A stretch of DNA of 64,000 bases from Diplonema japonicum. Its lineage: Eukaryota; Protista; Euglenozoa: Diplonemea. A program made the translations under genes and the position numbers. The notes beneath the pieces are model-generated. The model was given only the letters and a program-made list of their open reading frames with translations. It did no database searches and was not told the DNA's origin. The stretch's first letter is position 1. Every line of letters begins with the position of its first letter. Positions 46,542 to 58,002 of the stretch are shown here, in pieces. The stretch is from positions 186,001-250,000 of the forward strand of contig OZ025694.1 of the NCBI GenBank assembly GCA_964019335.1, read 5' to 3'.

Positions 46542-47567
46542 TTCTCAAAAAGTGGAAGGAAAAAAAAAAAAAAAGAAGAAAAAAAAAAAAGAAGAATGAA
46601 AGAAAAGAAAAGAATTCCCTCACCAGAAATGTTCATCCCTGAAGCCGGCAAGCGCGTGTGCCTTGTGGCTGCGTTTTCAGAAGAATTTTCGTTACAAGAA
46701 GAACACTGTTGACACCTGGCAACGGGTTTTTAAAATGTAATAATACTCTTGAAAAGAACCCTGGTGGCATGTTTTTTTACGGTCTCGTGATCGGGCTTTC
46801 TGTCTTAGTTCCCACCCATCAAAGTGCTTTTTTTTTTTTTTTTTTTTTTTTTTATTATGTTTTATTCGTTTTTTTTCGCAGCATAAAAAAAAAAAAAAAA
46901 AAAATTAAAAAAAAAAATCAGCCGATTTGCAAGAAAAGGGGGAAGAGGGGGGGAGTCTCCTTTTTAACTTTGCGTTAGCCGGTACCTCTTTTGCTGCATC
47001 CCCCCACCCCCCCTTTTTTTCGCCGTATATCGGCAACTTATCCCCCCCCATTTTTTTTTTATTTCATCGTTTTTTATTTTAGGGAAACATGGAGACAATC
47101 AACAAAAAATTAGAAAGAAAAAAAAAAGAAATGAAACGAGAGAAGCAGCAACAACAACAACAACAACAACAAAAAAAAAAAAGAAAGAAAAAAGAAACAC
47201 TTTCACGCCTTTTCTTTTTTTTTTTTTTTAAAGGGCAACAAGAAACAAAAAGAAAAAAAAAGGAATTTAAAAAAAAAAAAAAAGAACGGGAGACTATGCA
47301 GATGAGAAGCAGAGGGCGTCTCACAAAGGCCTCCTTTTAACTCATCTATGTCTCATGGGTAAAAAAGAAAATAGTGAAACTAAGTGGCTATTATTTTCTT
47401 GAATTGGCGGAGCGGTGGACATCTCTCCGACATATCTCCCCCCCCCCCCCCCCCCATATCTTTCCTTTTTTTAAATTTTGAGTTGTCAGAAAATTGATCC
47501 TTTTTTTTTTTTTCACAGGGCGCCACCAACACCGGCCTCTTTTATCTTATATTTATAAACATTTTAA

Positions 47568-48430
47568 CTAAAGGACCATGAGGACATATGTGTCCTTAAG
47601 AAAAAAATTATCTTTTCTATGTGACACTTTTTTGTGCCACACAGCCCCTGGACTTTACTAAGACCCATTGTTCCCTTGTTGAGAGCAGCTTTCTTAGGAC
47701 CTTCAGAAGTGCTTCTTCCAACTCCAGCACCACCTCAGATGAGGGTGGTGTGCGCTGGGGGACAAATATCAACCGTATACCGGCCAGGAAGTGACATGGG
47801 TACAGGGGTCCAGCAACATCGAACAGCAACATGGATAGGCTACAACTTTTCAGTTTGTTTATCACAAACAGCTTGCTGAGGTCCATTATCAGCTGTTCGA
47901 AGGTGTATGCCACATCCAAGGGCACCACATTCGACGCAGACGGGCACAACTGAACACCTGGATCGCCGTCTGGGTTCTGCCCGCCTTGATGGACGAAGTC
48001 TGCAGGGCGGGCGTCAAGGACTGCTGGTCTACAAAGGAAGAGATTGCAACGCCTTACATAGGCCGTGTCCTGGGCCGCTCCACATTTATCCATATCTTCT
48101 TGTTGTGTCCGTCCGCCAGGACCCAATGTTGGAAGAAAATCGACATCTGCGGGGGAAAAAAAAAGTGGGGGTGGCTGTCCTCCGCCCAAGCCTCGAGTGG
48201 GTTGAGCAAGGTCGCTCGTGGTCGTATATTTCCTCTCCCGACCCCGTATGAACACTAAGTAAGCCCCCCTGCATGGAAAATAAACTGTTTTTTTTACCCC
48301 CTGGGTCACGTGCTTTTTAAAGGGTATAGTGTACTTTCCTATGGTTAAACTCTCGCATTTTTTTTTTTCCGGGTTCGTAAATGGACGATCCTTGGCACTT
48401 TTTTCGCCAAAACCCCCGGTCCTTTAGTGG
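47568..48430 (+). mobile_element. Internally deleted piggyBac element
   Basis: TTAA+CTAAAGGACC on the left and GGTCCTTTAGTGG+TTAA on the right. Subterminal hairpin AGGACA-tatg-TGTCCT. Remnant KDCWSTKEEIATPYIGRVLGRSTFIHI matches the piggyBac YWS...TP....MSR.RF..I motif. Confidence 0.8.
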
Positions 48431-48454
48431 TTAATAATAATAAAAAAGAAAATT

Positions 48455-48512
<58 letters not shown>

Positions 48513-50995
48513 CTTAATTTTTATTTCTTTTGCTGGAACAAAGTGCGCAAACTTTGAAAAAAGAATTGTTGCAAAAAAAAAAAAAAAAAAAAAAAAAAAG
48601 AAAAAGGAGTATACCGTTTATCTTTTAAGTGAAAACGGCTTTGCAAATGCGTATACATACCTACAGACCAAGAGGAAGGGGCCGCGCTTGCAAATCGCAT
48701 GAGTCAAGCCATCAACTCCAGCTCTGTTAACAATGTGGTTTTTTTTTTTTTTTTTTTTTTCCTCCCGTGCCATTGACAATATCGTCAATCAGGTAAACCA
48801 CACAGTGTTAATACTAGTGATAAAAAATAAAAAAAATAAAAAAATAAAAGAGAAGCACACAGGAAGAAGGTTGCCGTCCCACCACGAAAAATTATGTTTG
48901 TGTGCACTGGGAAAGATTTTCTTTTTTTTTTTTTTTTTTGCTTTTATAAAAATAAACAAGGTTATGCGGACTATTCTTTTAAGTGGAAGAAAAAAGAAGG
49001 ATCAATGAGGAGAACTTTTTTTTTTTTTTAAAAGAGCTGGAAGGAAACGGGGGGGTGTGGAGGGAAGAAAGAAGAAGAGAAAAAAAAAATCTTTTTTTCT
49101 TCTTCTCTTTTTCCCTTATTTCCCACTTCCAAGTTTTCCAGACTCATTTGTCATCACGAAAAAAAAAAAGAAGAAAAAAAAGAACTAGTGTAAATCACTT
49201 AAAATTTTGCCCGGGAAGAAGGTACAGGGGTGATTGTGTTTCCCCAGCGTTTTGTCTTCCTCCCCGCTGTGTCACACTGCATGGCACCACTAAAATCGGG
49301 ACAACTTTTTTTTTTCCGGGAAAAAAATATTTTAAAAAAAAGAGATTTACAGTATGCAGAAAGAAAAAAAAAAAAAAAAGAACGAAAAAAAAAAAGAAAA
49401 AAGAAAAAAACGATGAAAAAAAAAAAAAAAAAAAAAAGAATTTACACAAAAAGCAGGCGCTTAAGAACGTGGGGGTTTTCTTATTTTTTTTTTGTTTTTG
49501 TTTTTTTTTTGTTTTGTTTTTAAAGCTAGGTATTTTTGCTGCCAAAAAAAAAAAAAGAAGGAAAGAATAAAAAAAAATAAAATAAACTTTTTGACGGCAA
49601 AATCATTAGGTGGCTTTGTTTCACGACACTCTGTAATTACTTCACCGCTGCAGGTAAGTGGTTTTTTTTTTTTTTCCTTCTTTTTTTTATTGTTCTTCTT
49701 TACACGACACTTGATTATTATTCACCCACGAAGTGCACAAAAGCCTGTATTTTGCTTTTTTTGTGCTAAAGTAGAAAAGGGCACCGCCTCTTGAAGTAAT
49801 TTCAGAATAGTGATTTTTTTTTTTTTTTACTATAACAACACACCCCTCCCTCCCCCCCCCTCCTTTGATGTAGTAGACAGTGAATGGCCCGAATTTCATA
49901 TTACATATGTATATAGGTCATGTGAAAAGTTTCTTTTAGAGGGGGGGGGGTGGGGACAACACTGCAGCAGGGCTAGCTGGGTTGATCTTTTTTTTTTCTC
50001 CTTTCCCCTCTCCCCCATCCTCTCCATAAATTAACGAAGTCTTTTGCAGGTGAGTTTTTTTTTTTTTTTTTTTTTTTATTTCTTTTTTTTTTTTTTTTTA
50101 TTTCCTTCTTTTTGTCCAAGTAATCAAAACTGGTGAATAGGTGTATATTTCCAGAGCCGAGTGGATGCTGCATTTTCTTTTTTTATATTTTTTCAAAAAA
50201 AAAAAAAAAAAAGAAGGAAGAAAAAAAAAAAAAGAAGAAAAAAAAAAACATGCATGGCCTTCTGAGAGAGTCTTAAACAGTGGCCAAGCACTAACCTCAG
50301 TTAGTACCTTTTTTTCTTTTTTTTTTTTTAGTATTTCCCGACCAGAAGTCGCAGGAAATTTCCCTTTGCTCATTCCGCCCCTTACCTATTCTGAAACTTC
50401 TCCTTATATTTTTATAGAGGGTGACAAGAAGGGCACGGGTTCTTTTATTTTTATGTTATATTCTAGTTTGTTATACTTCCCCTCCCCCCCTCTTTTTGTC
50501 TCGGTGAGCACTCTGTGGCGAACACGATGCATTCTTGAGTCTTATTTTGTTTTCCTCCCTCCCTCTTTTCATTTCTCATTTTGACAGAAGTATGAAGCGG
50601 GGGTGGGGGGGATTGTACGGATTGCAAAAATTAATCTTTTTTTTTCAAATATTATTATAATTATTATAATTTATTGGTACTTTAGTACTTTAAATCTGCC
50701 TTTTTTTTTTCTTTTTTTTTTTCTTTCCTCCACCCTTTTCTTATAGTTGAATAAAATGTTTGTAAAGTACAGTCAACAGGGCAAGAAAAAAAGGGTGAAG
50801 GGAGAAAGGTTAGTGAATAAAATAAAAATAAAAAAATATTTAAGAAAAAAAAAAAAATAATAGTGAAATTAAATCGACATGTGAGAAAAGTGTATGTTTA
50901 AGAACTTTGGACCTTCTGTGATGAACTAAAAAAAAAAAAAAACAAAAAAAAAAAAAAAAACAAAAAAAAGCAAAATTAGTTGATCTCCCAGTGGT

Positions 50996-51036
<41 letters not shown>

Positions 51037-52086
51037 CAAGATTTTTTTATAGCTAGCTGACAGAGAGAAAAAAAAAATGTTTCATAAAAAAAAAAAACTA
51101 AAGCAAACCAAAAGAAAAGGGTAGTAATTTGAAAAAGAAGTTCAAAAGAAAAAAGAAAAAATTGTCTATTTTTTTTTTTCAAAACCAACGTTCGCCCTAA
51201 GGCTAAGAGGAACCTCTCATGTTTATCTATATGCGAGTATGTGCCTTCTGTGAATCAAAAAGAAAAACTTTTTTAAAAAAGAAAAAGCAAATGGCGAGAA
51301 ACAGTGGCACCCTCTGTAGTATTTTTGCATTATTCATTTTTTCATTATTCATTATTGTTTTCTTTTTTCGACCTTCTTGCAAATAAAGTTTTACAGCACT
51401 TTCCTTTTTCTCTGTCTCACCACCATTTTTTTTTTTTCAATCTAAGAAAAGAAAGAACAAGAGGCTAAGAATTCTATTTTTTTTTCTCGTCTTTTTCTTT
51501 GGGGAAGAAAAAAAAGGGGGGAGGGTGTTAATGGCACGAAGTGTTTTGTAATAAATCCTTTTTTTTTTTTTTTTTTTTTTTTGTAACTCAATTCGCCATT
51601 TGCCCAAACTTTCTTTTTCGTGTTTTTAAATTTATGATGTTATTGATTTAAAAATACGATTTTTTTTTTTCCCTTCAATTTCAGATTTCTTTCTTAAAAA
51701 AAGAAAAATAAGACCATTTTTTTTATTAAAAAAAATACAACTAATCCGCCACTACCTTAGGTGCCCCCGTGCTCTGTTCCAGCTTAATCTCCCTCCTCCC
51801 CCGCGTACGGCTTTTTAACATAATAAAAAGGGGGAGCAAGAGGGAGTAGGAGAAAAGTGCTCAGGCAAAGGAAGGGGTTATAGCCAGGGTTTTCGGTAAC
51901 AAAAAAGAAAAATGCTAAAGAAGAAACGAAAGAAAAAAAGAAAAAAATGGAGGGGAGAGAAAAGAGAAAAAGGAAAGATAAACAGTGGTCGAAAAAAAAA
52001 AAAAAAAAAAAAAAAACGCACACACACACACACACACTCACAAAACATACTTTATTAACGGTTTTCTGTATTTTTTGAGTTCCTGC

Positions 52087-52162
52087 AGTGCCCCTGACAA
52101 ACTCCCGTGCCAAAAAAAAAAAAAAAAAAAAAAAAAAAACCGACATTTGTCAGTCCGGCACT
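52087..52162. mobile_element. Possible tiny MITE
   Basis: AGTGCCCCTGACAAA ... TTTGTCAGTCCGGCACT form an imperfect inverted repeat around an A-run. Confidence 0.35.
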
Positions 52163-52749
52163 TTGTTCTTTTTTTTTTTTAAATTCCATTTTGGGTTACT
52201 TAAAATAAGTTTTACTTTCAGCAACTGTGCCAAACAAATGCTAAAAAAAAACCGACTTTTTTTTTTTTTTTTTATCCTTTCATTTTTTGCCTCCAAAAAA
52301 AAAAAAAAAAAAAAAAAAAGGAATTATAGGCACTGGATATCTACACTTTATTAAGGTACAAAAAAAAAGGAGGGCATGGGAGGGAAGGTGAAAAGAAGAA
52401 AAGTGGAGGGAAGAAGAAGCGAGCGCAACTGATGCTGCCAATGCCCATGGTAGTTATTTGTTATATTCTGTTGTTTATACCTCCTCCATTTTTACTCTAC
52501 TTCTCTTGTTTCACCCTTCTCCCATCAGAGCCCAAAAAGAAAACATTTTCGAGAAATATAGAAAAGTAAGATATCCCTATTGGTTCCGCCCCCTATTTTT
52601 TTTTTTTAAAGAAAAACTTATTGGAGAACCTTGGGATTTCCTTGTTTTTTTTGTCCCCCCCTTTCTGTCTTTTTTCTTATTATTCAGCTTCAAAATAATA
52701 TGGTTTTAAATACAAACTTAACTTTTTTTTTTTTTGTGCCGAGTTAGCT

Positions 52750-52805
<56 letters not shown>

Positions 52806-52832
52806 CCTTAATTCTCCCCCTTCTCAGCGGGG

Positions 52833-52872
<40 letters not shown>

Positions 52873-53956
52873 CAACCAACAAGGTAACAAGATTTAGACC
52901 ATATTATTATTTTGTTCTGTTTTTTTTTTTTTTTGTTCTCAAAGAGGATAAGCAAGAGTATGGAAAAAAAAAAAGAAAAAAAAAAGAAAAAAAAGAATAA
53001 GATGTAGTCGAATCGGCGAAAGGTTGTGTCAACAGCTTGGTTTTCCTTTTTTTTTTTTCCCCCAGATTTAACTATAGTATTCCTACAACCCCAGTATTCA
53101 GGAACCGATATTTTTTCGTCAGGAAATAATGCGGTGGAAGAAAAATAAAAACGATAGCAATTACCAATATGCTTGCTTTTTTTCTTCGTGTCCGCCTGAC
53201 CATGGGCAAAGGGCTTTTCTTTTTTTTAAAAAAGATTTCCCATTTCTTCTTTATTTGCTTTTTCTCAGTGAATCCCCCCCTTTTTTTTTCCCCCACCAAA
53301 CCTCCCTCCTTTTCTTCTTTTTCCCATTTAAAAAACGTGCGAATTTACTTTTTTTCCTTTTTTTTTTCTTCCTCTCTTTTTTTTTTTTTCCTTTTTTGTC
53401 TTTCTTCACCCTCTTCTTGAGCACTAGAACGTTGAAAGGTTCTACCCTTGGCTGAGGGGAAGAAAAAAAAAAAAGGAAAGAAAAGAACGAAAAGAGCAGA
53501 AAGAAAGAAATTGTTTTTTCTCCCTCCCCTTGTTTTCTTTTTTTTTGTTTCTCCCCCCTTTTTTTTGCCCTCCATCTCATCACTTACCCATTCCCTTGAA
53601 TTGATCTCCTACTTACTTTATGCTTGCAAAATCAAAGGGAACAGGCCCCCTTACCTTCCAGCAGGTTAAAGAAAAAAAAGAAATTTAAAAAAAAAAAAAA
53701 AAAAAGAAAATAGGAGACAAAAGATTTTCGGTGTTAAAGTAGTACAACAACAAAAAATGGGATTTTTTTTTTTTTTTTTTTAAATTTCCCAAAAAAAAAG
53801 AAAAGAAAAAATAAAAAATAAAGAGAAAACACCCGGGAGCGTTACAAGAAAATATTTTTTTTTTTCCCTCCTCCTCCTCCTCCCGTCCCATTCCCCCTTT
53901 TTTTTTCTGTTTTTTTTTTTTTTTTTTTTTTTTTTTTCCCCAAACAACGTACAAAA

Positions 53957-53991
<35 letters not shown>

Positions 53992-54019
53992 AAAAAAGGG
54001 GAAGGGGGGGAAAATATAT

Positions 54020-55516
54020 ATGAGCCCAGCGGCAAACCCACCACCAGGCGGCCCACTAGCAGCTTTGCGAACATTAAACCTATCGCTCAATGAATTAGAG
54101 AGCGCAATGAAAGTTATTGAAAAGCTCAGGCACAGCCCCGGGATGTTTGAACGAGACGCGGTTTTACAAGAAACGAAGCTCTGGTGCCTCATCCAGAAGC
54201 CAAAACACCTGAGAAAGGAGTGGAAAAAAACCTGCAACGCCGTGAAGAAACAAAGGAGAAAACGGCACAAAACGACGAATATACGAAAACAACTCCACAC
54301 CACCAAGATGTTCGCGATGAAAATGGCGGATCACACAAAAACAATTCAGAACATGAGCACACTCAAGGCAATCACAAACAACCCTGAAAAAACCCCCGAA
54401 CCTGAAACTAAAACCGAAAAAACCACCACAACCACTAGCCGTGCTTGCTATATATGCAACAGAAGGTACAAAACACTCCACCCTTTCTACCACATGATGT
54501 GCCCGCCATGCGGAGATTTTAACTACTCAAAGAGATTTTCCCGCCGTGACCTGTCAGGGAAAACGGTAATCGTGACAGGAGCAAGGATTAAAATCGGGTT
54601 TCAAATAGCATTGAAGCTTCTTCGCGACGGTGCCGTCGTCATTGCAACAACAAGATACACAATGGACGCGAAGGACCGGTACAGCCAAGAGAAGGATTTT
54701 GATGATTGGAAGGAGAACCTTATCATTTTGGGTTTAGATTTAAAGGATTTCACATCTGTTAGAGCATTTTGCAGTTTTGTTGAACAGACTTGCGGGGAGG
54801 GGGGTGTCTTCGCCATTATCAACAATGCGGCACAAACCATCGCGAGACCCGATGACTACTACAAGGAGCTTCGGAAGAAAGAAGCGGATGTAAAGCCAAT
54901 AAAAGGCGCAAAAATATCGTACATTGAGTTTCACGGCAACGAAGAAAAACAACAACAACAACAACAACAGAAAATCACGGTGGAAAGCCCCGCACTTTCC
55001 CGTAATATGTACGACACCTCCCAGGAGTACACCGACACCAGGAGGTCCAACACATGGGTCGCAAAACTAGGAAACACATCCGCCGAGGAACTATGCGATG
55101 TTTTCTCAGTGAACTGCATTGCACCGTTCGCGCTGAACTCGCAGCTTTTTAACGTCTTGAAAGGCACCCCAAGCGATCCTCATTACATCATCAATGTATC
55201 TGCCATGGAAGGGGTCTTTTACAAGAACTTTAAGAGCGTCAACCATCCTCACACCAACATGGCGAAGGCCTCGCTGAACATGATGACGCGTACTTCAGGC
55301 GAGCACTATGCGAAGTATAATATCCTCATGAACGCTGTGGACACGGGTTGGGTGACGGACGAGGTGCCGCTTCACATGAAGCTTCGCAACATAGCGAACA
55401 ACAAGGTTGCGCCTCTCGACGAAGTTGACGGTGCTTCGAGGGTGCTCGACCCCATCTACGCCAGAAGCGACGTTCATTCGAGGTTTTGGAAGGATTATAA
55501 AGTTTCGCTTTGGTGA
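54020..55516 (+). CDS. Short-chain dehydrogenase/reductase with an N-terminal Cys4 zinc ribbon
   Basis: CYIC..CPPC; TGARIKIG Rossmann motif; INNAAQT; INVSAMEG; HPHTNMAKASLNM; NAVDTGWVTD. Confidence 0.88.
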   Translation: MSPAANPPPGGPLAALRTLNLSLNELESAMKVIEKLRHSPGMFERDAVLQETKLWCLIQKPKHLRKEWKKTCNAVKKQRRKRHKTTNIRKQLHTTKMFAMKMADHTKTIQNMSTLKAITNNPEKTPEPETKTEKTTTTTSRACYICNRRYKTLHPFYHMMCPPCGDFNYSKRFSRRDLSGKTVIVTGARIKIGFQIALKLLRDGAVVIATTRYTMDAKDRYSQEKDFDDWKENLIILGLDLKDFTSVRAFCSFVEQTCGEGGVFAIINNAAQTIARPDDYYKELRKKEADVKPIKGAKISYIEFHGNEEKQQQQQQQKITVESPALSRNMYDTSQEYTDTRRSNTWVAKLGNTSAEELCDVFSVNCIAPFALNSQLFNVLKGTPSDPHYIINVSAMEGVFYKNFKSVNHPHTNMAKASLNMMTRTSGEHYAKYNILMNAVDTGWVTDEVPLHMKLRNIANNKVAPLDEVDGASRVLDPIYARSDVHSRFWKDYKVSLW

Positions 55517-55840
55517 ACCCGGGTTTTCTTCTTCTTTTTTTTTTTTTTTTTTTTTTTTTTCCCTTCGCTCTGTTGTTCTCTTCTTCCGTATTTTGCCTCG
55601 AAAAACAAAAAAAAAAAAGAATTCCCTCTAACCAGTGCCGAGTAAAAAATTGGCACCATTTCGAGATGCAGCGGAAGTAGTGGGGCTATGGGGCTATGGG
55701 GGGAAGGGGGGAGGGTTTAGTACTTTTTATTTAGTTCGTCTCCCTCTCCTCCCCCCGTCTTTTTTTTTTTTAAAATTTAATTTTTGTCCATTATATCTTC
55801 TTTTTCCCCTTCATTCCTCTCTTGTTTGTTTTTATATTTC

Positions 55841-55904
55841 GGCACCCGCCAAAGCCTCCCCCCAGAACGGGGACAGCGGGGACTGAATGCGCGGTGAGCG
55901 CAAA
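55841..55904 (+). mobile_element. ~64-bp 3'-end remnant of the same LINE family
   Basis: ACCCGCCAAAGCCTCCCCCAGAACGGGGACAGCGGGGACTGA..GGTGAGCGCAAA matches 40497-40560. Confidence 0.8.
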
Positions 55905-55923
55905 TAGGTTTTTTTTTTGTCTT

Positions 55924-55963
55924 TAGGCGATCCTGTCACATACTGCAAGTTCCCTCCAAGACA
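55924..55963 (+). repeat. Short dispersed motif Y, copy 2
   Basis: Matches 16354-16395. Confidence 0.8.
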
Positions 55964-56144
55964 CCCACTTTTTTTTTATTTTTTTTTAGTTTCTCTCCTT
56001 TCTTTTCTCTTTTATGGTGAGTCGCGAACACACCCAAACCCGCGCAACCAAATATTTCTTTTCTAGTTTACCCTTCCCTCCCCCCCATTTCTTACCTAAA
56101 AAAAAACCTCTCCCAAAAAGCGAAAACAAAAAAAAAAAAAAAAA

Positions 56145-57392
56145 ATGCGTATCATGGCCTCCATCATCCTTGCGTATCTCCCCATGTGCATGGGGATCGA
56201 CAACGGAATCGGTCTGACCCCACCGATGGGGTGGAGATCATGGAACGCCTACGGCGGCAACATCGATCAAGAGATCATGGTGACCATCATGACAAAGATG
56301 GCCGAGAAGAAGTGGAACGGGACGTCCATCGCCGACCTCGGCTACCTGAACGTAGGTCTCGACGACAACTGGCAAGCATGCGGCACCGGCTACCTCGGCT
56401 CCTTCCACGACCAAGATGGCAACCCCATCATCAACACCACAAGGTTCACCTCAATGAAGGCCATGACTTCTTACGGGCACTCTTTGAACCTCAAGGTAGG
56501 ATGGTACATGAACAACTGCATATGCGATGAACACCAGTTCAAAGACCCGTCTTACATCGCAAAACACATGCAACAATCCGCAGCAGCAGTTGCAGAAGCC
56601 GGCTTCGACGGCGTTAAACTAGACGGATGCGGGCAGTTCCTCAACTTAACATGGTGGGGTTCCCTTCTTAACCAAACCGGCCGTCCCATTATGATTGAAA
56701 ACTGCCATTGGGGCGGAACAGTTCCCGGACAGACTACAGGAGACGCCCCGTGTTCTGGTACCACGATGCCGTCGAACTGCCCTTACAATTTTTTCAGGTC
56801 GTCGACCGACATCAGAGCGAGCTGGTCTTCCATTTTTTTCAACCTTCAGTCTACAGTAGCGTACCAAGGGAACCCTCCTTTATCGCGACCTGGTACATGG
56901 GCGTACCCTGATATGCTTGAGGTTGGCAGGATGGCAACTCATGAAGAAGACCGAACCCACTTTGGAGCATGGTGTATTGTGTCATCACCATTGATTCTCG
57001 GGTATGATGTGTCTGATGATACGGTAACGGAGAAGGTGTGGGATATTATTGCGAATAAAGAGGCGATCGCGGTGAACCAAGCGTGGGCGGGGCATCCTGG
57101 GAGGCTTGTTGTCAACACCACATCTTCCACTGGGGAGCAAGGGGTGTCTTACCAGGTGTGGGGCAAGGTGCTGAGCGGTACCTCGCAAGCCGTTTTCGCG
57201 TTCAACAACGAGCCCACGGTTGCCATCACTGCCGAGATCGATTTTACACAGTTTGGGTTCTCCGCAACGGATTCTGTTGCCGTCCGCGATATTTGGAACC
57301 ACAAACCGCTTGGTACTTTCGTTGGTTCTATGTCCGCTGGTTCCATTGCTGCGCATGACTCGAGATTTTTAACCCTCACGCTTTCTTCGTAA
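56145..57392 (+). CDS. Alpha-galactosidase/alpha-NAGA, glycoside hydrolase family 27, with signal peptide
   Basis: DNGIGLTPPMGWRSWN, LDDNWQ, KLDGC (nucleophile), FRSSTDI (acid/base), YPDMLEVG, SSPLILG, VRDIW C-terminal beta domain. Confidence 0.93.
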   Translation: MRIMASIILAYLPMCMGIDNGIGLTPPMGWRSWNAYGGNIDQEIMVTIMTKMAEKKWNGTSIADLGYLNVGLDDNWQACGTGYLGSFHDQDGNPIINTTRFTSMKAMTSYGHSLNLKVGWYMNNCICDEHQFKDPSYIAKHMQQSAAAVAEAGFDGVKLDGCGQFLNLTWWGSLLNQTGRPIMIENCHWGGTVPGQTTGDAPCSGTTMPSNCPYNFFRSSTDIRASWSSIFFNLQSTVAYQGNPPLSRPGTWAYPDMLEVGRMATHEEDRTHFGAWCIVSSPLILGYDVSDDTVTEKVWDIIANKEAIAVNQAWAGHPGRLVVNTTSSTGEQGVSYQVWGKVLSGTSQAVFAFNNEPTVAITAEIDFTQFGFSATDSVAVRDIWNHKPLGTFVGSMSAGSIAAHDSRFLTLTLSS

Positions 57393-58002
57393 AAAGAAAA
57401 AAAGAAGAAAAAAAATGCAGCGAGGTGGAAAGTTGTGCAGCGTGCCTCTCGCTGGGGTGTCATGTGCCACTATTTAGCCGCACAGCAAGGGGAATAACTT
57501 TTTATCCCTTTGGCGAGGGTGGTATTTAAACGTTATTTTTCTTTCTTTTTTTGTTTCCCAGTTTTGGGTGCGTGCAAGAACGAAAAAAAAAAGTGTCAAT
57601 TCGTATCGATTTTTTTTTTTTGTTTCTTTAGTCTCTCTCTCCTCCCCCCTTCCCCTGATTGGAAAATCTTTTTTTTTTTTTGCTGCTGACGATTGATGTC
57701 CCTTCTCTTTGTGGATCACCGTAGGTGGTGCCGTCGCTCGTTTCCCCCCCTTTTCTTTTTATTTTATTTTTTTGATAAATTGATTTAAAAAAAAAAAAAA
57801 GAGGAAAATATATATAAATATAAACAAGATTTTCTCCAGAAACGGGTCCTTGGTCATCTTTTTTCTTTTTTTTTTTTTTTTGAAACAATGATGACCCTTT
57901 TACTCCCCACCCCTCCCATTTTCTTCGCTTCCCAGCTTTTATTATACCCTTTTGATTTGTCCTTTTATTTCTCCTTTCTTAGGAAAAGGGAAAAAAAGAA
58001 AA

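Noticed and set aside
52751-52870. Long T-run/A-run fold-back hairpin
   Set aside because: Expected by chance given the homopolymer density.
45300-54000. Many K/F-rich ORFs of 60-200 aa in the ORF track
   Set aside because: Artefacts of poly(A)/poly(T) tracts with no domain-like content.
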